Origin: Takakia lepidozioides
Lineage: Eukaryota > Plantae > Bryophyta
Length of the DNA: 64,000 nucleotides
Reading direction: 5' to 3'
Assembly: GCA_030704615.1 (NCBI GenBank)
Contig: CM060733.1
Coordinates: 34,720,001-34,784,000, forward strand
Shown here one piece after another: positions 1-13,837 of the stretch. The notes under the pieces were generated by a model. The model was given only the letters and a program-made list of their open reading frames with translations. It had not been told where the DNA came from and ran no database searches. Position numbers and translations under genes: made by a program. How positions within the stretch are numbered: position 1 is the stretch's first letter; each line of letters opens with the position of its first letter.

Positions 1-992
1 TTAGTAGCCTCTGCCTGCCCATTACCTTGTGGGTAATATGTTGTACTTTTCCTAATGCAGAATCAGCACCGTCCGGGGGTCGCAAAGTGCGACGCCTGGA
101 CGTCACAATTTAAGGGGGTACATTTGAATTTAGGCGGGAAAATTTGAATTTGGAATTCGAATTTCAAAAACTTGTGGACCATTGACTCCGGTTCTGTCTA
201 ATGGCGATATGTTCATTGTTCTACATATATTGTGCAATGCATACTTGAACCTAAGACCTCCACGTTATAACATTTCTAAGACATTACAAACTAACCAACA
301 CACCTACGCTACATCTATGTATCACAAAAACAATCTATATATATATATACATATAAAGATTTCCTTCAAGTTCCTTCAAGTTCCTTCTAAGGGGTCTCTC
401 TTGTGACGCCGGGGAATTGCAACCTTCACAGCCTTAGTGCCCAGCCCCAGCCCCAGCCCCAACATCGTCGCCGTTGTTGTACCCCCCCACCGTCAGGCGC
501 CCCAAGTGACGTCATTGTGATGACTTAAGCTGACCACAACACCATTGCGACCCCTGTGGCGATGCCGTTGCGACCCCCTGGCGTTGCAACGTTGGGCGTT
601 CTAGCGCGGGGCGCCCCCAACGACGCTTTTGTGAAGTTAAGGGCCGCAAAGCCCAAAAAAAAAAAAAAAAAAAAAAAAAACTTTCACTCTGGTGATGCTA
701 TTGCGACGCAGAGGCGTTGGGGCGCCCTTAGTGACGCTTTTGTGACGCCGAGGCGTCGCAACGTTTTATTTTTTTATTTTATTTTTTTAAATTTCCGACG
801 CCCGGGAGTCGCAAGAAAAAAAAATCCGTCGCAATGAGGGCCATCTTTCCCCCTTCATGCACCTTACGACGGCTGGGCGTCGTAATGGTGTCGCAAGGGG
901 GGGGGGGGGCGCGCAAAAAAGCGTCGCGGGCTTAGCGCTGCGCGGGGCGTGGGGGCGCGGCTGGCGTCGCAAACCCCCCATTTGCTGTAGTG
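1..992. mobile_element. Right end of a CACTA (En/Spm) DNA transposon, inserted in a LINE
   Basis: Ends ...CTGTAGTG at 992 (reverse complement CACTACAG); many direct and inverted subterminal GCGTCGCAA/TTGCGACGC motifs between ~70 and 975; left end not in window. Confidence 0.7.
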
Positions 993-2139
993 TCTCCACT
1001 CCCCTTTCTTTGCTTACTCGGTTAGGTTGGGTTACTCTATATTAAGGCCAACCACTTCCTTCCTATCTAGATGGTCTGAAAAGTGGAACTACCTCAATCT
1101 GACATCGGCTAACTGGGACTCGATTTGGAAAGACATCTGGAAAAAACATAGGGCAGCTAAGATCTCCGGTTTTTTGTGGAAATTGGCTCACAGGATCCTG
1201 CCAGTCAATGCTAAGACCTCGTGCAACAACTCTACTTACAGTTTATGCTTGACACAGCCTGAGACCATCGAGCATTGTCTGGCAGAATGCTCTTTTTCAG
1301 CCAGAGTTGGAAAGCTGTGTTCAGCTTCTACTCCAATTGGGACATCCCCCACCCTTTCCTCTTTGCTGTTGCTGAATTTCCTCCTCCTCGCTTGCTTTCT
1401 TCATGCCCAATGTGAGACAATCTCAGGACTCTAACCTTGTGGAACCTTTGGAAGGTTAGATGTTGTTTCATGTATGAGGGGAAACCCCCTAGGGGAAGGT
1501 CAATTCTTTTTTGTATACCATGACCTGCTTACTGAGGGGAGGAAAGCATTGGACATATTGTGTGCAGTTTTTCCAGATCTTTTGAAGAACAGGGCAGACA
1601 GCTCGTCAATGACTTTTAGCAATCCTGGGGCAAAACGACACTCTCGGAACTTGTCTTCCCAACATACGGTTCCGCTGGAATGTCTCCACTCCCATAGCTT
1701 GGGATGTCCCCTATTGAGGGCAACGATGCAGACTTTAATTGGAGGCACAAAAAACCCTGCGTGACCAAGTTTGGGACCCAGCTGAGATTTTAGTGTGTAG
1801 TAGTTGTCTCTTTCCTCCACTTTTCTCCATGCTCCCTGTCTTGATTCACTCAAGCTTCTAGAATTTTTTGCTAGTTTGCTTCTCTCCTCATGCTTGTTTT
1901 TCTAGTAATATTTCTTGCTCAGGCTCATAGTATTCTCTTCATTCTCCAACTGCTCTCTACTTCCTCTTACATCTCCTCTTGCTTGTAGCTAGTATGCTTC
2001 GGTTTCGGGGATGTTCCTCCACAGTGTGCCTCACGGCCTCCCTCGTGGTTATTTTTTCCACCCAATGTGAACCTTTATACTTTTAATTTGATTAAAAGGG
2101 CCTCTATCCCCTTTCTCTCAAAAAAAAAGAAAAAAAAAA
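993..2139 (+). mobile_element. 3' end of L1-type LINE (zf-RVT domain, 3' UTR, poly(A) tail)
   Basis: ORF 1027-1434 WKDIWK...FLWKLAHRILPVN...C...ETIEHCLAECSFS is the plant LINE zf-RVT signature; A-run at ~2120-2139. Confidence 0.8.
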
Positions 2140-2549
2140 CATTTGATTATCAACATTATTTAAATAGCTCAAGAATGTTCATCATGCAACACCTTATATG
2201 TATCCTCTGGAAATCACAAACCTCACAAACTGAAAGTCATACAACCAATATTCAGATTGATAAACACTAGGTGTGAAAGTTTCACATGGTGAATTGTCAC
2301 ATCTCTCCAAGTTCTTCCCGACAAACAATAGACAACTCACCCAGGGCTAGGAAGAATTTAGTAGGCGCATGAGCCTTATATAAGAAAATAGTGCACAGGT
2401 TGCAAAAAGTTTTGTTTTCAATTCGGATGTTAGATTTTTGGTTATATGGTATGATTCCCATGCTATATAGATTTAGAAACCTGGATCAAACAGGACCCCG
2501 AAAGATTTTTAAGACTTAAAAAACCCTCTTTGTTGTCAAATAGGCACAG

Positions 2550-4149
2550 GTCCAGAAATGCACATCGCAAGTGATCAGCCTGCACTTGACTGGAAAACGC
2601 GCCTAAATATTGCATTCAATGCAGCACAAGGTAACAATTTTTCGCTTTCATTCTAGACTTCTAACTTTTTTTCCTGAATGTTGTTTAAATTTCAGATTTC
2701 ATGGGGCTATACTTGGATTACTCTTTTGTCATTCTATGACACTCATGTCATAGAATACATACTATATAGACTCATAGAAATGGCTCTGATGTAGTCTAAT
2801 TGGGCGCACAGGGTTAGAGTATCTGCACACAGGTTGCAGTCCGAACATCATTCACCGTGATGTGAAGAGCAACAACATTTTGCTTACGAACAAGATGGTA
2901 GCTAAAGTTGCTGATTTCGGACTCTCCAAGTTGGCAGAGGAGGGGGTCAGTCACGTATCCACCTTCGTTAAGGGCACTCTCGGTTACCTCGATCCTGAGT
3001 ACGTGCATTCCTCGTACATTCCTAACCAACTTATAATACTGTCTAATATATGTCTACTTCAATTTTCCTCAAATGAGCGTCAAATGGGGTTTTGGACGGG
3101 TTCTACTGCAGCTTTTTTATCGTGCTATAGACATCTACAGGTCGCCTAGGTCAATGGCTGGTAGATAATTAGTAGCTAACTGCTCTCATTAAGCAATATG
3201 CAATCCCTTGCATGACATTAAAACTGTAACAGGTATTTCTCAACTTTAAAGTTGACAGGAAAGAGCGACGTTTACAGCTTTGGCGTTGTGTTGTTGGAGA
3301 TTATCTCCGGCCGACCACCTATTAACTACCGGGCTGTCGACTCTAAAGTAATCCTAGTCGATTGGGTAAGTTAATGCAGTTAATGTAACCTGCCTTTGTT
3401 GAGATTCAGCCACTTCATTTGAAGTGTTAAAATGCCCAGCTATACCAGAATGTATGTTTCAATATATTCATGATTTCATCATTCCATGATTGCGACTCTA
3501 TTGTCTACTTGCTTTCCGGTTAGCCATCGATTCCTAGTCAGATTGAGTTCAGTGGTTTGTGACATCTTGGACTTAGTGGGCCTAGAGGAGACTGAAACGA
3601 TCTCGCGACAATGATCACCCTTACTTCTCTAGTTTCGGCGTTCGCATACTTTGGCAAGCACTTGTTACTCCTTTCGCTCAAACATAAATTCTTGCAAGCA
3701 GAATGTATCCTGGTGGCCATCTAGTAGTTTCTGACAGCGTGTTTTTGATGTGGATGAAATCATAAATTACAGGTGAGACCGCATCTACAATCAGGACAGC
3801 TTCAAGAGATTGTGGACCCAAAACTGGGTCAAAATTTCAACGTGACGGGTATGCGAAGGTTGTAGAGTTGGCACTAAATAGTTTGGAACCCATAGGCCTC
3901 CGCAGGCCAACAATGAGAGAAGTGGTACAGGGTCTAGGGGATGCAATGGCGTTGGAATATCTTGGGGATCCATCTCCAGAAATGTCTGCCACCTCGTCAA
4001 GCTTGTCTGACCCCCATCCAACAGCTGTTGGGAACGGAGAACTTAGCAGCTTGCAATCCAGTGCAGAATTTTCACAGAGTTCAGTGGAGATTACTTCATA
4101 TGCCCCCGATGATATTCATGAAATCCTTTCGAATCCCAGTGCAAGGTAG
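2550..4149 (+). pseudogene. 3' kinase exons of LRR receptor-like kinase (copy 1, 5'-truncated, frameshift in last exon)
   Basis: Exons LDWKTRLNIAFNAAQ / [41 protein letters not shown] / KSDVYSFGVVLLEIISGR / RRPTMREVVQGL with GT-AG introns; upstream exons absent. Confidence 0.85.
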
Positions 4150-5269
4150 ATGGTGATAATACTCCTCTTTCTCCATTCTCAGGAATAGGAGTACTCCCAA
4201 AGTCAGGAATGGGCTTCTGTAAATTAATGGGTTTGTGACTTTGTGAAGGAGAGGATCTTCGAGGGAGCTTCCAAGATATTCTCAACCTTTGCTCACTTCA
4301 CGGCACACTGGGCAATCTCACAATCGTTCCTCCAGTTTGATATCACCTACACTACACTACCGCAGGGAAGGGAGGGTGGGGGTCGCCCACAATGTTAAGT
4401 CCACTGTAAGGCGCGACGGTGCACTCCCAAATAAGGATTTTGTTACGTGTCCTTCTCGGGTCTGAGCTACAAGGACTCACCTACCCAGGTCGAGATCGGA
4501 AATTGCTGGGATGGTGGAACGGACAATCATGGTCCATGGATGATCTCTCCTGTGCAGTTTTTATGGTCCGAAGTCTCAACTTTGTTTGGAGACCAGTTCT
4601 ATATCATGCTCGGATGCAGTTCCGCAACAAGCTGGTGCACAAATCAGTAAGGCAACACTTCAGACTGTACAGGTCCCACACCCAGATTTGATCAAGCCCA
4701 TGATTGAAGGCCACGCCTAGATACCGATTTCTTCTGCATCCTCTTATGTAAAGCCTCTGAATCTGGCCGAGTAGTCCCTCGATCTATGAAGTACTTTCCA
4801 GAACTGTTAGTAGCCCTAAAGATCAGGTTATGCTCTTGTCCCTTGCTGTTCAAGAGCATATGTGTAGACCCACTACTGACTAGATCGTTATCCAAAGACG
4901 GTTAAGTGCTATTGGCTGCTTAGAATGCGAACATAACAATGATCTATAACATCGCTTGGGAAATTTAGTTGAGAAACTTGACAGTTTGCGCCTGTTCTAA
5001 TTATAGATCTCTCTAAGAAATCTTGGAGCTGTCCTGAGAAAGAATGTGTCCCAAAGTGAGTCAAGAAAACGTGGCCCTCCAGTTGAACACCTTGCAGCAG
5101 CAGAGCAGCAGCGGCGGCTGAAGCCGTGGGTTAAGGGTGCAGGACCTTCGGGAACCTACTCCTGTGTAGGACGTCCGTTCATGGTGACCAAGGGGCTGGA
5201 GAGGGGACCGAGATGGAAACACGGAAGGAATCTGGGAAAAGATGGTGGTGGCATGGGATGAAGGCTACC

Positions 5270-5500
5270 TTTCAAAATCTCGTTCACGCAGGTCGAATTT
5301 TCAGCCAAGAGGCGCAACGTCATGGAAATGGCGGAGGCAGTGGTCTCGTGGCCAGCAAACATGAGGACGATGAGGTTGTCTAGGATGGCAGCCTCGGTGA
5401 GGAACTGTCCATTCTCGTCCGGCGTCGTCAGGAGCACTGGCAGAAGGTCTTGATGTGCGCGCTATGCAAGTTTGTCTTCGAGTTCCTGACACTGTACAGA
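5270..5500 (-). pseudogene. Cytochrome P450 (CYP85 clan, CYP716-like) I-helix exon, copy A
   Basis: DENGQFLTEAAILDNLIVLMFAGHETTASAI; upstream intron cut by Copia LTR at 5645. Confidence 0.85.
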
Positions 5501-5644
5501 TCATCCATGGTCATAACAATACTTTCAAGAACAGTCCCTGATCTCTTGAAAGAAAGGAAGACAGCAACTAAGATAACTAAATTCACCCTTGACTGCAAGT
5601 ACATCTCATAAATATCGGTCATTTGAGTTGCAATATGTAGCAAG

Positions 5645-8600
5645 TGTTGAAATCGAAGATCTAGTCCCTCATTGACATCTGGACCATGCTGGTCGAATAG
5701 TCATAGTCGGCAACTAGGTGGCAGTCCACCGAGCAGTCACAATCACAGATGCCAGTCAGTCACATTTTGAATCTCTAGCTAGTTGGATCTCCCGCACTTA
5801 GTAGTACTTGTATTTTTTGGTGACAGACGATACTTAGTTAGTTTTTATATATGTTCATAGCGTGGTGTAGTTAAGCTTACAGATGCGTGAGCATCATTGA
5901 TTTCGATGGATTGCCTTGTAGATTGATAAGCCGCGTACTTCTCAGTGTTTCAATAGTGTTGGATAGCTTCTTCATAACTTACTGGCTACTCTGTAAACAA
6001 CTATGAGCAAGCAGTGAAATCAGTATTTTCAAGAGGTTATGGACCCACAATCGCTTATTGTTGTGTGAGAGGTTTTCTTTATGTAGAAGTAAGGGTGATA
6101 GAAGAAATGGGGTCAGTGAAGACAGATTCTAAGAACGTGATGAATATTGAGAAGTTCACGGGAGATAACTTCCAACTATGGAAGTTCCAAATGCAAGTGC
6201 TATTCCGAGCAAAGAAGCTTTTACGTGTTGTTGAGGGAATAGAATTGAGAGAAGAAGCTTTGGATCAAGATGAGTGGGATGACAAGGATAACTGTGCTTC
6301 TTTGTACATCTGCAGGTCGGTAGACAAGAAGCGCATGCAGCAACTCATTGCATGCAAGACATCAGCAGAGATGTGGAGTCGTCTCATCACCATTCATGAG
6401 CAGTGCGCAAGTGAAAATATCCATATGCTACAGCAAAAAAATTTTGAATACAAGATGAGTGATGGTGATGATGTAGGTGAACACATTAGCACCATAGAGT
6501 CCATGGCCTGCCAGCTTAACGATCTTGGGGAGGCCACAACAGATCGAGCAGTAATCACCAAGATTATTTGCAGTTTACCTCCTTCATACCGACACATGAT
6601 CTCAGCGTGGGACAGTGTTCCGAAAGATGAGCAGACGATCGAGAAACTTACCGTAAGACTGCTAAAAGAAGAAACCCTGAACAAAGAACGAGGAGCATTT
6701 GATGAAGCCAGAGATAAGGCCTTTTTTTGTGGTCGGCCAGGTAATATGAAAACAGCGGAAGCGGTGATGGTAAGCCAAGATTGACGTATGCTGAACGTCA
6801 GGAAAAGAGAAGGAGAATCGAGGAATTGAAGAAACGAACTCATTGCAATGGTTGCGGAAGAAGAGGACACTAGGAGCGCGAGTGTCCTGATAAGAAGGCA
6901 ACAAAGAGAAGTCAAGCAAATCAAGTGAGAGTATGTCTCCAGAGGTCAATTTAGCACTGCATACACTGTTCACGGGGCTCAATCTTCTAGAGTTACCATG
7001 GCTCAGAGTAATTGTTGGTATGCTGATGGCGGTGCAAGTGAGCACATGACCGATAAGAGAGAGTGGTTCAAGAATTTGGAACCAATAGCTAAGGGGAAGT
7101 GGCCTGTCGTGGTCGTTAACAATGAGTCTGTGTGGGTTGAGGGAGTTGGGGATATCGAGATTCTGAGTCTTGTTGGAGATAGGTGGGAGTGATTACAAAG
7201 GCTTTGTATGTCCCTAAGTTGAAAAAGAATCTATTCTCAATCGGACAGGCAGCAGACAAGGGAATTGTCACTACCTATAACAAAGAAAGTTGCAAATTAA
7301 TTAGCAATGAGGGACAAGGAAGAATTGTGATAGTAGGTTTGCGTGAAGGGAAACTGTATAAGCTGCAGTTGAAGGTCATTATACCTAAGAATATTGACAA
7401 GGGTTTGTTAAGTGGCAAAAATAAGAGCATCGCTTTCTTGAGTGAGTCAAACCCTAGCAATCTACATCTCTCATGCTATGATCAAGAAAATGGAGGCATC
7501 ACAGAGTGTAGAAGGTCTGAAGATAGGCAGTCTGAGTGAGGCATCTACCTTCTGTGAAGGATGTGCCTATGGCAAGAGCCATAGACAAAGCTTTCCTGTC
7601 AATGATGAGAGAGTAAAAGCTGAGAAAGCTGGAGATTTCTTACACACGGATGTGTGTGGACCGATGAAAATAGACTCCATCGGAGGGTCAAGGTATTATG
7701 TTGTTTTCAAAGATGATTTCTCAGGGTACAGAATGGTATTCTGCATGAAGAGGAAGTCTGAAATCATAGAGCACTTTCGAAAGGTCTTTAAGCAGACACA
7801 ACAAGAAACAAAGAACAATGTCAAGATAGTTCGTAGTGACCGAGGGGGAGAGTTTATGAGTTCAGCTTTTAAAGAGCTTTGTGAGAAAAAGGGAATCCGT
7901 CATGAGCTGACAGCTCCTTATACACTGGAGCAGAACGGTGTTGCCGAGAGAGAAAATAGAACCATCATGGAGTCAACAAGGAGTATGTTGCATATAAGCA
8001 ATATTGGCCTAGAATTCTGGGCAGAGGCGGTACTAACGAGTGCTTACATCCTGAATAGAACAGGAACACGGTTACTGGATGGAAAGACACCGATCGAAGC
8101 ATGGTCAGGAGCAAGACCATCTGTTGTTCATTTCAAGATTTTTGGATCAGATGTCTATTCTCACATTCCAAAGCAGATGAGATCCAAACTTGATCTTAAG
8201 TGCAAGAAATGTGCATTCATAGGATATTGCACCGAGAGCAAAGCATATCGGCTCTGGCACAATGACACTAAGAAGGTGATAATCAGCCGAGATGTTGTGT
8301 TTGATGAGGGATCATACACATCTACAACACAGTCATTGCAAACTCAAAGTGGAGTCTCCATTATGGATCTGTATGATGATCTTGAGACTCACTAGAAGTA
8401 CCTGAAAGTAAGCCGGAACCAGTGGGAGCAATGCAGGGACTAGTGGGAGCAATGCTGGAACAGTGGATGCAGGTGGATGCAGTTGAGGCAATAGAAGAAT
8501 TGATGGGAGCTCAAGAAGGACGAAATAATGAGCAAGCGGTATATGAACCAGTGGGAGTTCAGCTTGAAGTGGTCCTTGATGGATGTGTGGAGAAACCATA

Positions 8601-10701
8601 TGGGCAAATGACGATACGAAACTCGATCACGACAAGCACCAACGAGGTAGAGGTGCAGTCTTTTGCTGGAGTAGCGAGTTCATTGGAAGAGCCCCATGAT
8701 TATTGGACTGCGATCAACTCAGAACAGAGAGTCGAATGGCAGCAAGCGATGGAAGGAATTCAACTCTCTCACTCAAAACGAGACATGGTTGCTTACAGAA
8801 CTACCTCGTGATCGCAAAGCGGTGCAATGTAAATGGGTTTTCAAACTAAAAACAAAATCAGATGGAACAGTTGAGAGATACAAGGCACGATTAGTTGCAA
8901 GGGATTCTCACAGCAGTATGGTATCGACTACGCAGAAACATTTTCTCCTGTAGCCAAGTATGACTCCATTCGCACCATTCTTGCCATTGCAGCATCTGAG
9001 GATATGAATATCATGCAATTTGATATTAAAACCGCGTTTCTCTATGGAGAACTCGAAGAAGAGATCTACATGATCCAGCCGCCGGGCTTCATAGCACCAG
9101 GCACAGAGCACCTGGTATGCAATTTGAAAAAATGTTGTATGGACTGAAGCAGGCTTCACGAGTTTGGAATGCGAAGTTTGACAATTTTTCTGTTTAGGTA
9201 CAATTTGGTACCAAGTGCGGCAGATCCTTGCATTTACTACAGTAAGGAGAAGCCCAAAATCATCACATCTCTTTTCATGGATGATGGACTGGCCTGTTGC
9301 GTTGAGTCAGCAAGGCTTGACAACATGTTTGAATACATGGGTAAGGAATTTGAAACCAAAGTGGGAGAGGCAGACTGTTATGTTGGTTTGCGAATTAAAA
9401 TAGATCGCAACGCAGGACTATTTCAATCGATCAGCAAGTCTACATTGAGAAGATGATCACGAAGTATGGTTTCGAAAATGCAATGGCAGTGACTACTCCT
9501 GCTGACCCTAATACTCAAATGAGTTTCTACTCTCTTTCGGGTGACTCAGAGAGAAGAAGAAAAGGAAAACATCATGGATTACCAATTTCCATATCAGGAA
9601 ATGGTTGGGAGCTTGATGTTTGCAAGCATCGGGAGTCGTCCTGACATCTCATATGCAGTAAGTACAGTGGCGAAATACGCATCAAGACACATACATGTGC
9701 ACTGCAACGCTGTGAAACGGATCATGAAATACTTGAAGGGAACATCTCATTTTGTTCTGACCTACAATGGGAAGCAAGACACAAATCTGCTCACAGGATT
9801 TTGCGACGCAGATTATGCTGGTGACATAGATGAAAATCCAGATCCGGATGTGTCATTATGTTTGAACAAAGAGCAATTGTTTGGAGCAGTCGGAAACAAG
9901 CGTGTACTGCTGGATCGACAACTGAATCGGAGTACGTTGCGGCTCACATGGCTACGAGGGAGATTATTTGGTTACGGAGACTCATGGACTCCATTAGACA
10001 TTCACAGAAGACACCCACCCCACTTCACAGCGATAACCAGAGTTGCATCAGACTGGTTCACAATCCAGAGTACCATCGTTGAACAAAGCACATAGACGTT
10101 CAGTACCATGTCATTCGCGAGAACCAGGCGAAGGGAGAAATTGATATTCAGTATGTTCACACGAACGATCAGATTGCCGATATTTTTACGAAGGCTCTTG
10201 GTCAGACAAGTTCTTTCGTTTTCGCTCCATGCTTGGGTTGCATTCCCCAGCAAGCAATCTCTGTGCAACGATCTTTGAAGCATGCATACAATGTCGGACT
10301 GAGTGGGAGTGTTGAAATCGAAGATCCAGTCCGTCATTGACATCTGGACCATGTTGGTCGAAATAGTCATAGTCAGAAACTAGGTGGCAGTCCACCGAGC
10401 AGTCACAATCACAGATGCCAGTCAGTCACATTTTGAATCTCTAGCTAGTTGGATCTCCCGCACTTAGTAGTACTTGTTTTTTTGGTGGCAGACGATACTT
10501 AGTTAGTTTTTTATGTATGTTCATAGTGTGGTGTAGTTAAGCTTACAGATGCGTGAGCATCATTGATTTCGATGGATTGCCTTGTAGATTGATAAGCCGC
10601 ATACTTCTCAGTGTTTCAATAGTGTTGGATAGCTTCTTCATAACTTGACTGGCTACTCTGTAAACAGCTATGAGCAAGCAGTGAAATCAGTATTTTCAAG
10701 A
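5645..10701 (+). mobile_element. Ty1/Copia LTR retrotransposon with both LTRs and a disrupted gag-pol
   Basis: LTRs 5645-6034 and 10310-10701 (~390 bp, TGTTGAAA...TTTCAAGA, about a dozen differences); PBS GGTTATGGACCCAC at 6035; PPT GAGTGGGAG 10301-10309; gag (IEKFTGDNFQLWKFQM), protease WYADGGASEHM, integrase HTDVCGP/RSDRGGEF/EQNGVAER, RT KWVFKLK..YKARLVA, RNase H FCDADYAG; several stops and frameshifts. Confidence 0.95.
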
Positions 10702-10874
10702 TTGTCATTGTTTTGGGTAGAATTGGCATGATACAAGAAAAGAAAACGTGTTGTAGTAAGAGGCTGATCCAGGTTGGAAGATACATCACATGATTTTTTG
10801 GTAGGAACAGCTGGAGCAACCACAGTTCGGTCTTTCAAGATCACTTGCAGCTTTGGCTCAGCTACGATTCCCAT
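10702..10874 (-). pseudogene. N-terminus of BAHD-family acyltransferase truncated by the Copia 3' LTR
   Basis: MGIVAEPKLQVILKDRTVVAPAVPTK..(HVMYL)SNLDQPLTT..FLFLY resembles the BAHD N-terminal V-x-P...L-S-N-L-D motif. Confidence 0.6.
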
Positions 10875-11572
10875 GCTTTCTGGAAGTCTTTTTCCTCCAG
10901 AAGGGAAGCGAGTACGTCAATGGGTCACTGCAATCGATGTCTAAGATGTTTCGGAAGCTGAGAGCATTCAAATAACCTCAAAACGGAAATTACGAGGTTA
11001 GTACTTCGGACCTTCCTCCGTCCTCGACCCAGTTGCAGATCTTCGGACTTGAACTTTCAGCTGTACAACTTTCTGTCTGTGCCTATCCTCAATATCGTTC
11101 TTCCTTGTGTCTCTTGGCAATAAGCATTCGAGCTATAACGCCCATGAAAACGTGATGAGCTACCGATCTTGCTTCGCCGGAATCTCTTTGTAAACTTTCA
11201 AGTCGCCACATCATTTCTCTATCAACGCGCGTCCCTGCCATGGCCCATGATTGTTTGGCACTGTACTAATTTACAGCACATGTGATAATTTAGAGTAGTA
11301 CTTGGGCATTATGACATCCAGTCCATTAGCTCAGTCTGGTAAAGCAGTGACTGTCACCCGGTGATTCTTTTGTTCAAATCCTGCTACCTTGTTGCACCGT
11401 GTTTTTTGCTCGCCAAAAAGCTCATTTTTGAGGGAGGAGCCGTTCCGATTGTTTGAGCACGAAAGCTGCAGTTCCATCGCTTTGGGCAGGCAACCCTCAC
11501 TGTGGAACTGACTGATGCAGGCGAAGGGAGATTGTGCGTCGCAATGGGCATTATCGTATGGAAACAGAGTAT

Positions 11573-11818
11573 CAGCGTTTTTTTTTTTTGGCGAAAAATC
11601 GCCAAATGGCGACCTCAAAACATTAAAATAAAATATTCTGTCGTAAATTCCCAGTTTTTCATGGATGAAATCGCCAATCTTCTACAAGGGGAAAAAAAAC
11701 AATGGATGAATTTGCCAAATGTGGATGATATAAATGGATGAAAGTACATAGGAGGATGATATAGCTATTTCTTGTAGCCACTCGTGCTATTTTTTCAAAT
11801 TTAAGAAAAAAATCACTG
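11573..11818. mobile_element. hAT-type MITE, copy 1
   Basis: Termini CAGCG...CACTG; 8-bp TSD CAGAGTAT at 11565-11572 and 11819-11826. Confidence 0.85.
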
Positions 11819-12269
11819 CAGAGTATGAGGGTAGGGTTTTATTTATCCCATAAATTCTCCCTCAAAAACAAAACTTTGAAAATGTGTTTCATGATTTTGA
11901 TCCCACAAGACGTCCTCAGGATGAGTTAAGCATCCAATTGGATGATTATGGGTACAATAGGTCTACTTTATCATCCAAACATACAAGCAAAACAATAAGA
12001 AATTAGATAGAAAAACTATCCACAAAAATGTTTAGGCACACAGACAAATGAACTTTCATCCTTCCTCGATCCCTAATTTGGAGGGAGATATGAATTTTTA
12101 AGTTGGGCGGGGGCTGGTTTGAGCCCTAAATTCATTGAATTGGATGTGGGCTTGAAGTTGGAAAGTCTCCGATCCCCTCAAGCGTAACGGTTGTCACTTG
12201 TCAAATGAAAAAGGAAATAAAAACACATAAATGTAGAAAATGTGGAAATTAGAAAACAAAAATATGAAT

Positions 12270-12462
12270 AAAGGAATTTTGGGGGCAGATTCTGCGAGGC
12301 CCTGATTGGCTGCAGGCCATAATGAGCCATTAAAAGTCAAACTGCCGATTATGGCAGTCAAGCAGCCGATTAGGAATGCAGAATGCACCAGCGCCGTGGA
12401 GCGTCGATCTTCTGCATTTTAATTTGCTTCAAAAAAGGCAGAATCTGCCCCCAAAATCCTTT
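12270..12462. repeat. Short element with ~25-bp inverted termini (MITE-like)
   Basis: AAAGGAATTTTGGGGGCAGATTCTGC ... GCAGAATCTGCCCCCAAAATCCTTT. Confidence 0.55.
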
Positions 12463-12828
12463 CCGTCAGACGACATAACTTAGATGCAGTTCGTTTCCTT
12501 GGAACAAGTTGTCGTTCCCTCAAAATGTGATACCCTTCGGCCAACATTTAGTACATGCACAAATGATTAACATCAAAGTACACCAGTCACCTTCGGCATT
12601 TTTTTCCCATTGTCCGCCAAAACGGGAGAGATGAACGAGAGGAAAAATTCGTATGATTGTCAACGTGGACCTGTTAACACTTGCCAGTTGTCAGTAAGCG
12701 GAATTTCTAGAGGTGCCAGCTCATGTTTTCCGGCCACTTGGCGCACCAGGTAGAGTACACTCCCGCTACTTTCGAAAAATGAGAAAAAAACTGCCTTGTT
12801 GTGTGTGGTGTGTCTAACTTCTCCCTTC

Positions 12829-13105
12829 CAGTGTTTTTTTTTCCTGGCGAAAAATCGCCAAATGGCGACCTCAAAACATTAAAATGGAATATTCTGTCGA
12901 AAATTCCCTGTTTTTTCATGGATGAAATCGCCAAACTTCTACAAGGGAAAAAAAAGATGGATGAATTCGCCAAATGTGGATGATATAAATGGATGAAAGT
13001 ACATAGGAGGATGATTCTATCCAAATTTTCAGTGGATGAACAGAATATATAGCTATTTCTTGTAGCCACTCGTGCTATTTTTCAAATTTCAGAAAAAAAT
13101 CACTG
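12829..13105. mobile_element. hAT-type MITE, copy 2 (same family as 11573-11818)
   Basis: Termini CAGTG...CACTG; 8-bp TSD CTCCCTTC at 12821-12828 and 13106-13113; internal sequence shared with copy 1. Confidence 0.9.
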
Positions 13106-13837
13106 CTCCCTTCCCTTTGGCTTCCGAAATCATGAAGGATCTTTGAGGCAGATTATGCGCTTTAGAGACAAATTAAGAAGCAGAATAGGCAGTATGCATT
13201 ATACCCAGCTTCACTGTGTACAGCTCAAAACGATGTACAGCGATCCAAGGCTGCAGAGCTGCCCATTGTGCTTTCCATAATTGCCAGATTGAATTGTAAG
13301 AGACCCTAATTATTAGGGTCAGTTCAGACCTGATGTTATCAACATCGGTAAATCATCATTTTACTATGGTTGTTCCCGGTGTCACTAGGTAGCCTACGTG
13401 GCACGGGCTATCACCAATTAATAATATCGATATTAATATTTACTATTTGACACCCGCCCAAGGAAGCGTAGATTATGGGCCATCTCCCGTGTAACCGTAC
13501 TGCTCTTGGAGCCCGGCACACTTTTCCTCCACCTCTCTACGCCTTGCAAGTTGCCTTCCTCTTGGCACGGGCAGCCTACTAATTTTTCCGTTTTGGGTGC
13601 AACAATCTGCACAGCAGTGTCTATTACTTGCAAAAATGCTCCATATGAAGGGCAAAAAATTCAGGGCCCTTCAAAAGAAAGGCCAGATAAAATCTGAACC
13701 TTTCATCATGAAGGGCTAAGAAAAAGGAAACTTGCAAATGAAAGTCTAAGTTTAATAGTGAAGGGTTCAAGCCTCAATGAACCCTTCACGGTACAAGTGC
13801 TTAATAATGAAGGGTTTCTGCAATGTATAGGGCTAAC

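Larger units (their letters stand above)
2426..5644 (+). repeat. Segmental duplication of ~3.1-3.2 kb, copy A (copy B at 38286-41387)
   Basis: Near-identical sequence from GATGTTAGATTTTTGG to CAATATGTAGCAAG in both places, including introns. Confidence 0.95.

Noticed and set aside
556-1045. Short ORFs with poly-Lys or poly-Gly
   Set aside because: Products of homopolymer runs in CACTA subterminal repeats
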